A stretch of DNA of 16,245 nucleotides from Candidatus Caldarchaeales archaeon (GTDB taxonomy: Archaea > Thermoproteota > Nitrososphaeria_A > Caldarchaeales > Calditenuaceae): contig JBCNVM010000017.1 in NCBI GenBank assembly GCA_039630085.1, forward strand, positions 1 through 16,245, in the 5' to 3' direction. Position 1 is the stretch's first letter, and every line of letters starts with the position of its first letter. Below, piece by piece: positions 1 through 7,729 of this stretch. The translations under genes were made by a program, and so were the position numbers. The notes beneath the pieces are model-generated. The model searched no databases. It was not told the origin of the DNA and worked only from the letters and a program-made list of their open reading frames with translations.

Positions 1-1324
1 AACCGTGAAGCCATCAGGGGACAAGGTGCAGGTTAGCTCCGCCTACAGGGGACTGCTGACCGAGGCCGCGGACGGGACATACACTCTGTCCTTCAGGGGT
101 GCGCCGGTGCTGGCGAACGTCGAGCACTCGACCAACGTGACCTTCGTGCTCCCGCCGGACGCCGAGGACGTGAGGGTCCCGGCCGAGCACAGGATCGCAA
201 ACAAGACGGTCAACAGGTTCTACGCGAGGTCGCTCGGGTCGGAGGAGAGGACGGCGATCAGGTTCCGCTCCGACTCCGTGATCTTGGTGGCGATCGAGAG
301 GGTTCAGGTGACGGTCGACCCCTCCACGAACGTCGCGAACGTGCTGATTAGGGTAAGGAACGACGGCGCGAGCGCCTTCGACTTCATCAGAGCCAGAATA
401 CCCTTCCCGGCGAGCGCGGCTGTGCTTCGGGTCGGGGACAACCTAGGCTCCATCAGGTACGGGTACGACAAGACCACCGGCGACCTCACGGTCTACTTCA
501 CTCCTGAGAGGTACAGCCTCAGCCCCGGATGGCGTTACGAGTTCTCGATCACTATGAGGGTCGAGCCCGAAGCCCTCGTGAAGCAAGAGGGCGAGGTCCT
601 CAGGGTCAGTGCGTTCCTTCCGGTCGAGGCCCCGGTCGAGGGCTACTCGGTCAGGCTCGTTCTGCCCGACGGAGTGGAGCTCCAGTCGCTCGGCCCCCAG
701 GTCCTCCAGTACTTCCCCGACGACAGGGGCAGGTACGTCGTCGACCTCCGCCTTCCGGTTCCTTACTTCTCTCCCTACCAGTTGGAACTCAGGGTGAGAG
801 GTCAACCTCAGCAGCCGATCCCGGCTTACCTGCTGCTCTTGGGAGCCCTAGTCCTCATAGCGGGCGTGATCACCTCCGTCGTCAGGGCGACCCGAGGTCC
901 CCGGTTGAGGGTCGCGGAGTCCGAGAGGGCCTCGATCGAGAGGCTCAGGAGCAGGGTGGGCGAGGTCTTCGCGGAGCTCGACAGGGTCGAGGACCTCCTC
1001 AGGTCTCCCAGTAAGTCGGGGCTCCAGCAGCTGCAGGAGAGCACGCGGAGGGTCAGGAGGCTCACGGACCTTCTCCTTCAGGACATCAGGCTGCTCCCGC
1101 AGAGGAGCGCGGAGCTCTCGAGGGCCGCTTCGGAGGCCCAGAGGTCCCTCCAAGAGATCAACGAGTCGCTTAGGGCAATCCTGAACCTGTACAACAGCTA
1201 CCAGAGGGGGGAGATCGGCAAGTCCGCGGTGGAGAAGATGGCCGCACCGGTGCTGAGGGACGTGAGGAGATCGAGCTCCTCTCTGAGGGAGTTCGAGCTG
1301 GTCCTCTCGGAGCTCCTGGGGTGA
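1..1324 (+). CDS. Single-pass membrane protein, ribophorin I/Ost1-like (5'-truncated at window edge)
   Basis: The frame is open to the window edge and ends at TGA 1322-1324. A beta-rich extracellular region carries GDNLGSI...PERYSLSPGWRYEFSI and VRLVLPDGV, recalling the ribophorin I motifs D-x-x-G-N-x-S...PRFPxFGGWxxxFxxG and VxLPEGA. One TM helix (IPAYLLLLGALVLIAGVITSVV, about 818-883) is followed by a helical/coiled-coil tail. The CDS is secure; the family call is tentative. Confidence 0.6.
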   Translation, partial: TVKPSGDKVQVSSAYRGLLTEAADGTYTLSFRGAPVLANVEHSTNVTFVLPPDAEDVRVPAEHRIANKTVNRFYARSLGSEERTAIRFRSDSVILVAIERVQVTVDPSTNVANVLIRVRNDGASAFDFIRARIPFPASAAVLRVGDNLGSIRYGYDKTTGDLTVYFTPERYSLSPGWRYEFSITMRVEPEALVKQEGEVLRVSAFLPVEAPVEGYSVRLVLPDGVELQSLGPQVLQYFPDDRGRYVVDLRLPVPYFSPYQLELRVRGQPQQPIPAYLLLLGALVLIAGVITSVVRATRGPRLRVAESERASIERLRSRVGEVFAELDRVEDLLRSPSKSGLQQLQESTRRVRRLTDLLLQDIRLLPQRSAELSRAASEAQRSLQEINESLRAILNLYNSYQRGEIGKSAVEKMAAPVLRDVRRSSSSLREFELVLSELLG

Positions 1325-1352
1325 TCTCCGGCGGGCTCCCCTCGCTGCTACG

Positions 1353-1358
1353 TTTTTA
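1353..1358 (+). promoter_or_regulatory. Putative TATA box for valS (may also act as T-tract terminator of the upstream gene)
   Basis: TTTTTA is the only AT-rich patch in the 60-bp intergenic gap and lies 26 nt before TTG 1385. Confidence 0.45.
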
Positions 1359-1384
1359 GCCGAACGATTACTGCCGTCCTTGGG

Positions 1385-3718
1385 TTGGGGGACGGGCCGC
1401 GGTTTGAGCCGAAGCTGAAGGAGAGGACCTGGGACCCGAGACTCGAGCTGGAGTCGATCAAGCTCAACGAGGAGGAGGGTGTGTACGAGCCGAGGCTGGA
1501 CTCGGGCGAGCTCTTCGTGATCGATACGCCTCCGCCGTACCCGTCGGGCAGACCCTGGCACATAGGCGCCGCGGCTCATTACGCTCAGATCGACATGCTG
1601 GCTAGGACCGCGAGGATGATGGGCCACAACGTGTACTTCCCGATCGGGATAGACAGGAACGGCATACCAGTCGAGCGGTACGTGGAGAGGACGTACGGCG
1701 TGAGGGTCTTCGACGTCCAGAGGGAGAGGTTCATCGAGCTCTGTCAGAAGGCCCTCGACGAACTCGAGGCCGAGATGATCTGGATCATGAGGAGGCTCGG
1801 GATCTCGGGAGACTTCAAGAACTACTACAGGACTGACTCGCCAGAGTACAGGGCCCTCACGCAAGCCACGTTCATCGAGCTCTACAGGAGGGGACTGATT
1901 TACGTCGCGACGAGGCCGAACAACTACTGCTGGGAGTGCGGGACGACGCTGGCCGACGCCGACCTCGATTACAGGGAGATGGAGGCGGAGCTGGTCTACG
2001 TCAGGTTCGAGCTCGTGGGAGGCGGAGACGTGGTGATAGCGACCACCAGGCCCGAGCTCATCGGCGCCTGCGACTGCCTCATCTTCAACCCCGAGGACGA
2101 GCGCTACGTCCACCTCCAAGGGAGGAAGGCGGTGGTTCCGATCTACGGGCACGAAGTAATGGTCCTGCCGCACCCGTACGCCAAGAAGGAGTTCGGGACC
2201 GGCGTGCTCATGGTCTGCAGCTACGGCGATCACATGGACGTCCAGCTCTTCAGGGAGCTCGGCCTGAAGGAGAGGGTGATAATCGGGACCGACGGCCGGA
2301 TGACCCGGAGCGCGGGACCGCTGGCGGGCCTGACGGTCGCCGAGGCGAGGAAGCGGGTCAAGGAGCTCCTGAGGGAGAGGGGGCAACTCGTGAAGGTCGA
2401 GCGGATCGTCCACGAGGTGCCGGTTTGCGAGAGGTCCGGCACGCCCATCGAGATACTTCCGATGGAGGAGTTCTACCTGAGGCAGCTCGACCTGAAGGAG
2501 GAGCTCCTCAGGGTCTCGAGGGAACTGAAGTTCCTCCCGGAGAGGCACAGGCAGCTTCTGGTGGACTGGATAAACTCGCTCAGCATCGACTGGCCCATCT
2601 CGAGGAGGAGGGTCTACGCGACCGAGGTCCCCGTCTGGTACTGCAGGAGCTGCGGAGAGGTCGTACTGCCCGAGCCGGGGAGGTACTACAGGCCCTGGAA
2701 GGAGAGGCCGCCCGTCGAGAGGTGCCCGAGGTGCGGCGGGACCGAGTTCGATGGCGAGACGCGGACCTTCGACACCTGGATGGACTCGAGCATCACGCCG
2801 CTCTTCGTCTCGGGGTACATGAGGGACGAGGGCCTTTTCAGGAGGGCCTATCCGACCGCGGTCAGGCCTCAAGGAAAGGACATCGTCAGGACCTGGCTCT
2901 ACTACACGATACTCAGGTGCTACCAGCTTACGGGCAGGCTGCCCTTCAGGATCGCCTGGATCGGCGGGACGGGCCTCGACGAGAGGGGCGAGAAGATGAG
3001 TAAGAGCAAGGGGAACGTCATCGACCCGGTGCCCGTGATCGAGAAGTACGGCGCGGACGCCTTCAGGTTCTGGTCGGCGCAGGAGGCGAGTCACGGCTAC
3101 GACTTCAGGATCTCGATCCCGAGGATCGAGGCGGGCGGGAGGTTCCTCACTAAGCTCTGGAACATCGCGAGGTACGTCTCCCAGTTCCCGGTGGTGGACT
3201 CGGCCACGACTAGGCCTGCCGACGAGTGGATACTCTCGGAGTTCTGGAGGACCGCTGGCGTCGCGATGAGGGGCTACGAGGAGTTCAACTTCTTCGTCCC
3301 CGCGACCGCCCTCAGGGACTTCCTCTGGAACGTCTTCGCGAGCCACTACGTCGAGATGACCAAGCACAGGGCCACGAGCCCCGTCGAGGACCCCGAGGGC
3401 GCGAGGGCCGCGTGGTACGCGCTCCACCAGGTGTTGAAGAACTCCCTGCTGCTCCTGACCCCGATCGTGCCGTCGTTCGCCGACGCGGTCTGGAGGAGGA
3501 TCTACTCGAGCACGAGCATTCACATAGAACGATTCCCAGCGCTCAAGGACCCAGGCGAGATGTGGCGATATACCGATGACTTGATTGCCTTCAACAGCCA
3601 CGTCTGGAAGTTGAAGAAGGAGTCGGGAAAGTCATTAAGGGACCCGATCAGTGTGACCATTCCAGAGAGGCTCGAGCCTTTCAAGGAGGACTTGATCAGA
3701 ATGCACAACATCGTCTGA
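1385..3718 (+). CDS. valS: Valine--tRNA ligase, archaeal type
   Basis: 777 aa. Contains DTPPPYPSGRPWHIGAA (HIGH-type motif), ATTRPE, DWPISRRRVYATEVPVWYC, FDTWMDSS, RPQGKDIVRTW, KMSKSKGNV and YGADAFRFW, plus CxxC zinc knuckles. It lacks the bacterial C-terminal coiled coil. The TTG start is uncertain. Confidence 0.96.
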   Translation: MGDGPRFEPKLKERTWDPRLELESIKLNEEEGVYEPRLDSGELFVIDTPPPYPSGRPWHIGAAAHYAQIDMLARTARMMGHNVYFPIGIDRNGIPVERYVERTYGVRVFDVQRERFIELCQKALDELEAEMIWIMRRLGISGDFKNYYRTDSPEYRALTQATFIELYRRGLIYVATRPNNYCWECGTTLADADLDYREMEAELVYVRFELVGGGDVVIATTRPELIGACDCLIFNPEDERYVHLQGRKAVVPIYGHEVMVLPHPYAKKEFGTGVLMVCSYGDHMDVQLFRELGLKERVIIGTDGRMTRSAGPLAGLTVAEARKRVKELLRERGQLVKVERIVHEVPVCERSGTPIEILPMEEFYLRQLDLKEELLRVSRELKFLPERHRQLLVDWINSLSIDWPISRRRVYATEVPVWYCRSCGEVVLPEPGRYYRPWKERPPVERCPRCGGTEFDGETRTFDTWMDSSITPLFVSGYMRDEGLFRRAYPTAVRPQGKDIVRTWLYYTILRCYQLTGRLPFRIAWIGGTGLDERGEKMSKSKGNVIDPVPVIEKYGADAFRFWSAQEASHGYDFRISIPRIEAGGRFLTKLWNIARYVSQFPVVDSATTRPADEWILSEFWRTAGVAMRGYEEFNFFVPATALRDFLWNVFASHYVEMTKHRATSPVEDPEGARAAWYALHQVLKNSLLLLTPIVPSFADAVWRRIYSSTSIHIERFPALKDPGEMWRYTDDLIAFNSHVWKLKKESGKSLRDPISVTIPERLEPFKEDLIRMHNIV

Positions 3719-3782
3719 GGACATCGCTGCGATCGTTCCGTCCTCCGTATACGCGCCTACTTATGGCAGTCCTCGTCATGGC

Positions 3783-4354
3783 TCTGAGGACGCTCGTCCT
3801 CGGTCCGATCAGCCAGTACTCGAATCCGATCGCCGCGATGAAGACGACCATCATCCTCGCTACGGCGTTCCCCCTGCCTGCCCAGTATCCTCATCGACTA
3901 GGAGTCGGCGCGCGGCGCGGCCCTATCGAATAACAATACGCCCATCACAGGGATCAAGTAGAGCGGTCCGGGCGTCTCGATCGATCTCATGGCAGAGGAC
4001 AGCGCCCTCCGGTCCGGCGATGAGCAGGAAGGCCGGTGAAAATGTTCTTATGGACTCTCCGGAGACCCTCCAGCCCTCACCCCCATGAAAGAGCATCTTG
4101 ACGGCTAGTAGGGTTAGGGCCGATCCACCTGCCGACAGGAAGCCCTCGAACCACACGCCGAAGAGCATCATCAGCTGGCCTCCAGCCGAGGGGAAGAGGA
4201 CCAGCGGGACCGAACTATGGTTGACGGTCGTGTTGACTGCGGCGTTCCTCTCCCGGTCGATGAGCTCGGAGGTTACTGAGATAAGAACGGCATAGCGCCT
4301 ATCGGGTCGACCATAATCAGGAACTCCAGAGCGCTTCTCAGCAGCTCCCATCAC
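3783..4354 (-). pseudogene. Degenerate MarC-family pseudogene, paralog of 6119..6694
   Basis: Translating across frames gives ELLRSALEFLIMVDPIGAMPFL / SVTSELIDRERNAAVNTTV...LFHGGEGW...FSPAFLLIAGP / ALSSAMRSIETPGPLYLIPV...RADS*SMRILGRQG / NAVARMMVVFIAAIGFEY...TSVL, colinear with the intact MarC. Frameshifts lie near 4283, 4008 and 3870, and TAG replaces a Trp codon at 3898-3900. Confidence 0.9.
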
Positions 4355-4424
4355 GCGGTCCCCTCCGATCGTGTCCGACACCTGTCAACCCCCAGACCGA
4401 GTTCGTGCCACTTCTTGCCCCGTA

Positions 4425-4447
4425 ACCGTTAAGACGGTCAGACGGTC
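4425..4447 (+). promoter_or_regulatory. Putative promoter/operator of the TSUP-DUF1634 operon
   Basis: TTAA (4429-4432) lies 26 nt before GTG 4459. It overlaps the inverted repeat ACCGT-taag-ACGGT and is followed by a tandem repeat of AGACGGTC (4432-4439, 4440-4447). Confidence 0.35.
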
Positions 4448-4458
4448 CTTCCAAGTAG

Positions 4459-5301
4459 GTGCGCGAATTGGTCACCGTCCCGGAGATCATCGTTATATCC
4501 TTTCTGTCTGGGCTGATAGGTTCCTTAACTGGACTCGGAGGCGCGAGCCTGACGACCCCAACCCTAGTTGCGTTAGGCGTACCGGTAAAGCATGCGATAG
4601 CCTCCGGTGTTCTCTCGGTCATAGCGACCTCGAGCGGTTCCTCGTCGTCTTACGTGAGGGACAGGATCACGAACTTGAGGGCTGCGATGTTCCTGGAGGT
4701 CTTCGCGATCCCCGGCGGGGCGTTTGGCGCCTTAGTGACAATTGTAGTCAGTCCTAAGTTAGTGGCCCTCGTGTTCTCCGGCGTTATTGCGTCTTCTGTC
4801 CTCATCACGAAGCTCTTAGGAAACGGGCATGATCGACGAGCCGTCGAACAGGATAGGGTCTCATCCTGGTTGAATTTGAGGGGCTCCTATTACGATGCTT
4901 CTGAGGGACGGACGGTTCATTACAGGATCACGAACGCCCTCTACGGTGGTGCTGGGATGGTTGGGGCTGGAACGGTAGCAGGGATGCTCGGCATAGGCGC
5001 GGGCGCGTTCAAGGTCGCTGTCCACGAGCTGATCCTCCACATGCCCCCAAAGGTCTCCACGACGACCAGCAACCTGATCATGGGCATGACGGCCCTTGCA
5101 GGGGCCAGCGTGTACGTCTCGTCAGGCCTCATGAGCCTTGAGCTTGCGGTCCCACTGGCTCTCGGGACGACGCTCGGATCGGTGCTAGGATCAAGGGTTC
5201 TCCGCCGACTTCACGATAGGCACGTTAGGACCATGTACTTCGCGGTCGCCACGCTAGCCAGTTTACTCATGCTTTACAGAGCCTTCGCTTTGGGTGAGTG
5301 A
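4459..5301 (+). CDS. Sulfite exporter TauE/SafE (TSUP) family membrane protein
   Basis: 280 aa, polytopic. Shows SGLIGSLTGLGGA, HAIASGVLSVIATSSGS, LRGSYYD, AGMLGIGAGAFKV and MPPKVSTTTSNLIMGMTA, with the two-fold Gly-rich repeat typical of TSUP. Alternative start TTG 4468. Confidence 0.9.
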   Translation: MRELVTVPEIIVISFLSGLIGSLTGLGGASLTTPTLVALGVPVKHAIASGVLSVIATSSGSSSSYVRDRITNLRAAMFLEVFAIPGGAFGALVTIVVSPKLVALVFSGVIASSVLITKLLGNGHDRRAVEQDRVSSWLNLRGSYYDASEGRTVHYRITNALYGGAGMVGAGTVAGMLGIGAGAFKVAVHELILHMPPKVSTTTSNLIMGMTALAGASVYVSSGLMSLELAVPLALGTTLGSVLGSRVLRRLHDRHVRTMYFAVATLASLLMLYRAFALGE

Positions 5302-5651
5302 TGGTGGACCTCGAGGAGCTACTAGGTGTGATCATGGCCGTCGGTGTAGTGATCTCACTGTCCCTGATGAGTGTCGGGCTCGTGATGCATTTGTTAGAGA
5401 GGGAAAATCTGGAGCTCGATCTTTCGGGGGAAACCCTCGTAGTTGAGAAAAGCTTCTACTCCTTCATCGCCAATATAAGTAGCTCTCAGCAGTTGTCCAT
5501 CACTTTGATGAGGTTAGGTCTCGCAGCGCTGATGATGACCCCGTACTCTAGAGCGGTGGGTTCACTGATTTACTTTACTGCTAGGCGTGACGTGAAGTAC
5601 ATTGTGATAGCGGGTGTTGTCGTCGTGGCCCTTACATTACTGTTCTTCTGA
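5298..5651 (+). CDS. DUF1634-like membrane protein
   Basis: 117 aa with 3 TM segments and LGLAALMMTPYSRAV...RRDVKYIVI. Overlaps the TSUP stop by 4 bp (GTGA). DUF1634 is the usual partner of this TSUP subfamily. Confidence 0.8.
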   Translation: MMVDLEELLGVIMAVGVVISLSLMSVGLVMHLLERENLELDLSGETLVVEKSFYSFIANISSSQQLSITLMRLGLAALMMTPYSRAVGSLIYFTARRDVKYIVIAGVVVVALTLLFF

Positions 5652-6118
5652 ACTGGAGAGGAGTGCGCCGGTGCCTCTGTTCCTTGCCCTCGTAACGTGA
5701 ACCACGTGTCCCTGGAGAACCCGTTAACGATAGAGCCCCTGCTCAACTGTCCGATGCCGCACGCCGAGTCTCTCAACAGCCTCACCGGTTCCGCCGAAGA
5801 GGGGCGATGTTCTCCACTTTGGGTTTCGCGAAAAGTCACGCCCTCCGTCTCCGGAACTAACCCGACACCGTCAACGAACTCGGCGAAGTCCTCGGTAATT
5901 GCCCCTTCCCATCGCCCTCTCTGCCACATCGCCACCGAGACCACTCTACCCAATCTGACTTGTCGCTGGGACGGCCCAATGTTCCGGGAATCGCAGGGTG
6001 AGGAAGGCGTGTGCCGATTCGGACCGGTCGGCGTCCAGATACTTGAGAGGTTGATTCCCTCAGGAACGAACTGTGAGGACGCACAACACCGTCTGAGCCT
6101 TCCACGAGGAAAATCCGG

Positions 6119-6694
6119 TCATAGGACGCTCGCCCTGAGCCCCGTGATCGCATACTCGAACCCGATCGCGGCGATGAAGACAGCCATGATCCTGGCGATC
6201 GCGTCTGCTCCCTGCCTCCCGAGCACCCTCATGAACCAAGGGTTGGCCCTCAGGACAGCCCAGGTCACCAGCATTACAACGGCGATCGGGACTAGGTAGA
6301 GCATCCCTAGAGTCTTGATCGAGATCATCGCGGATGTCAGCGCTCCGGGACCCACAATCAGCGGGAAGGCGAGCGGGAAAGCCCCCACAGAGTCGGTCGA
6401 CCGTACCCAGCCCTCTCCTCCTTGGAAAAGTATCCTGATCGCGAGGAGGACGAGGAGCAGACCCCCGGCGAGGAGGAAGCTCTCGAACCTCACCCCGAAG
6501 AGCATCAGGAGCAGGTCGCCCGCCAGAGAGAAGAGGACCAAAAGCGCGGCGCTGACCATCACCGTCCTGTCTACCACCGCGGCCCTCTCGCGCTCGGTGA
6601 GGTCCGAAGTCAACGAGAGCAGGAACGGTATAGTACCGACCGGGTCGACGATGATCAGCAGCTCGAAGGTGCTCCTCAGGAGCTCAACCCACAT
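6119..6694 (-). CDS. MarC family integral membrane protein
   Basis: IIVDPVGTIPFLLSLT, LFGVRFESFLLAGGLLL, FPLAFPLIVGPGALTS and RVLGRQGADAIARIMAVFIAAIG are MarC hallmarks. Start placed at ATG 6694 rather than 6709 because of the TATA spacing and the pseudogene alignment. Confidence 0.93.
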   Translation of the reverse strand: MWVELLRSTFELLIIVDPVGTIPFLLSLTSDLTERERAAVVDRTVMVSAALLVLFSLAGDLLLMLFGVRFESFLLAGGLLLVLLAIRILFQGGEGWVRSTDSVGAFPLAFPLIVGPGALTSAMISIKTLGMLYLVPIAVVMLVTWAVLRANPWFMRVLGRQGADAIARIMAVFIAAIGFEYAITGLRASVL

Positions 6695-6719
6695 GCCGGG
6701 CTTAGCCATGACCGAGTCC

Positions 6720-6725
6720 TTATAA
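6720..6725 (-). promoter_or_regulatory. TATA box of marC
   Basis: TTATAA lies 25 nt upstream of ATG 6694, consistent with a leaderless transcript. Confidence 0.6.
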
Positions 6726-6766
6726 CCTCTGACGGATGTGCAACTTTCGGCACTGTGAAGGGACTC

Positions 6767-6773
6767 AAAAAAA
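6767..6773 (-). terminator. Oligo-T archaeal terminator for the 7600-6803 operon
   Basis: A T7 run on the minus strand within CTTCCTTTTTTT, about 30 nt after the stop at 6803. Confidence 0.6.
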
Positions 6774-6802
6774 GGAAGTTCAGTTCGGCTGAGTCGTCTC
6801 CG

Positions 6803-7129
6803 CTACTTCGCGAGGTGGAGTCCGACGTAGAGAACTGTTATCAGAATCGCGATCAGGACCATCGAGAGGACCGTCGTCCAAGTCCAGCCCTTTATGCTCA
6901 TGATGGGCCTGTCCTTGATGACCGCTCTCCCGCCGAGCCAGACCGCGAAGAAGACGACGTAGGAGATCACTGTCTTCCCGATCAAGTGGTGGCCGAAGGT
7001 CGCGCCTAGGCCCCTCTTGAAGGGCGGCGCGAGGTCTCCGGCGAAGATCATTGCAGTCAGCAGCCAGGACGCGACCAGCAGCGCGAGGAGTATCGCGGCG
7101 ATCTCACCCTGACGCTTGGGCTTGCTCAT
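6803..7129 (-). CDS. Small membrane protein of unknown function (3 TM, GHHxxGK motif)
   Basis: 108 aa with three hydrophobic helices. An SD-like GGTGAGGAG precedes the ATG, which lies 6 nt after the upstream stop. Confidence 0.8.
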   Translation of the reverse strand: MSKPKRQGEIAAILLALLVASWLLTAMIFAGDLAPPFKRGLGATFGHHLIGKTVISYVVFFAVWLGGRAVIKDRPIMSIKGWTWTTVLSMVLIAILITVLYVGLHLAK

Positions 7130-7135
7130 CGCTCC

Positions 7136-7600
7136 TCACCTCACCGGGGCTACCCTAGCGATGTAGGTCCCCAGCGCGATCTCGTAGAAGGCGAAGACTA
7201 GGGCGACCGCCACCAGCGCGAAGAGGAGCCTCCTGAGGTCCTTGTTCTCGATCAGCGTGTTGTTGTAATACCAGACCAGGAAAGCGACGACGAAGTAGAT
7301 CATCGGCCCTCCTAGGCCGACGTGCTCCTTGATCTCCATCAGGACCGTGTGAGCCCAAGGAGTGGGGCCCTTCAGTATCACGTCCTTGGCAGGCGGGTAG
7401 TAGACGTAGTACGACGTCATTCCTAGGAGGATCGACGACAGGAAAGCTAGGACGGTGAGGCCGACCAACAGGAACTTCAGCCTCTTCACGCCGTCCGGAC
7501 TCGACAGCGCGAGGAGCTCCGCCATGGCCCACGGTGCTCCGACGATCAGCAGGACGCCGAGGAACCCGTGAGCTAGGGTCACGAGCTCCCCGATCGACAT
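7136..7600 (-). CDS. Membrane protein of unknown function (4 TM, HG...PWAHxxxMExKEH motif)
   Basis: 154 aa with four hydrophobic helices, host-like codon usage and three His residues in or next to TM segments. Confidence 0.85.
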   Translation of the reverse strand: MSIGELVTLAHGFLGVLLIVGAPWAMAELLALSSPDGVKRLKFLLVGLTVLAFLSSILLGMTSYYVYYPPAKDVILKGPTPWAHTVLMEIKEHVGLGGPMIYFVVAFLVWYYNNTLIENKDLRRLLFALVAVALVFAFYEIALGTYIARVAPVR

Positions 7601-7614
7601 TTCCTAATCCCTCG

Positions 7615-7687
7615 TAATACTGTTGCTCAAACCTCCTATTAAGCATTTGTGTATACGTGATAATAGTGTTGCATAATGTTAAAACAT
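7615..7687 (-). promoter_or_regulatory. AT-rich promoter with repeated operator-like motif
   Basis: TAATACTGTTGC (7615-7626) and TAATAGTGTTGC (7661-7672) match at 11 of 12 positions and flank a TATA-like TTAATA (minus strand, 7637-7642). A palindrome ATGTT-AA-AACAT lies at 7676-7687. Confidence 0.55.
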
Positions 7688-7729
7688 CTCGTCGACACCG
7701 AACCGCCCAAAGGGTTTGCGCGACGATCT

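Noticed and set aside
1556-1573. HIGA instead of HIGH in ValRS
   Set aside because: I recall this variant as normal for Nitrososphaerota-related ValRS, and all other motifs are intact, so it is not evidence of inactivation.
1936-3003. 355-aa alternative-frame ORF, and similar ones at 529..1014, 10016..11038 and 7155..7805
   Set aside because: Arg/Gly/Pro-rich off-frame translations inside well-supported genes.
848-3601. 917-aa minus-strand ORF
   Set aside because: Antisense shadow of valS and the upstream gene, produced by GC-rich codon bias. It has no motifs and fully overlaps a clear housekeeping gene.
3783-4354. Programmed frameshifting or recoding of the second marC
   Set aside because: Multiple frameshifts, a nonsense codon and many non-conservative changes in TM segments indicate neutral decay.
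3923-4381. 152-aa ORF as an intact gene
   Set aside because: Only its middle matches MarC; both ends are out-of-frame readings of the pseudogene.
5697-6299. 200-aa plus-strand ORF
   Set aside because: Ser/Pro/Cys-rich, atypical codon usage, and overlaps marC antisense by about 180 bp.
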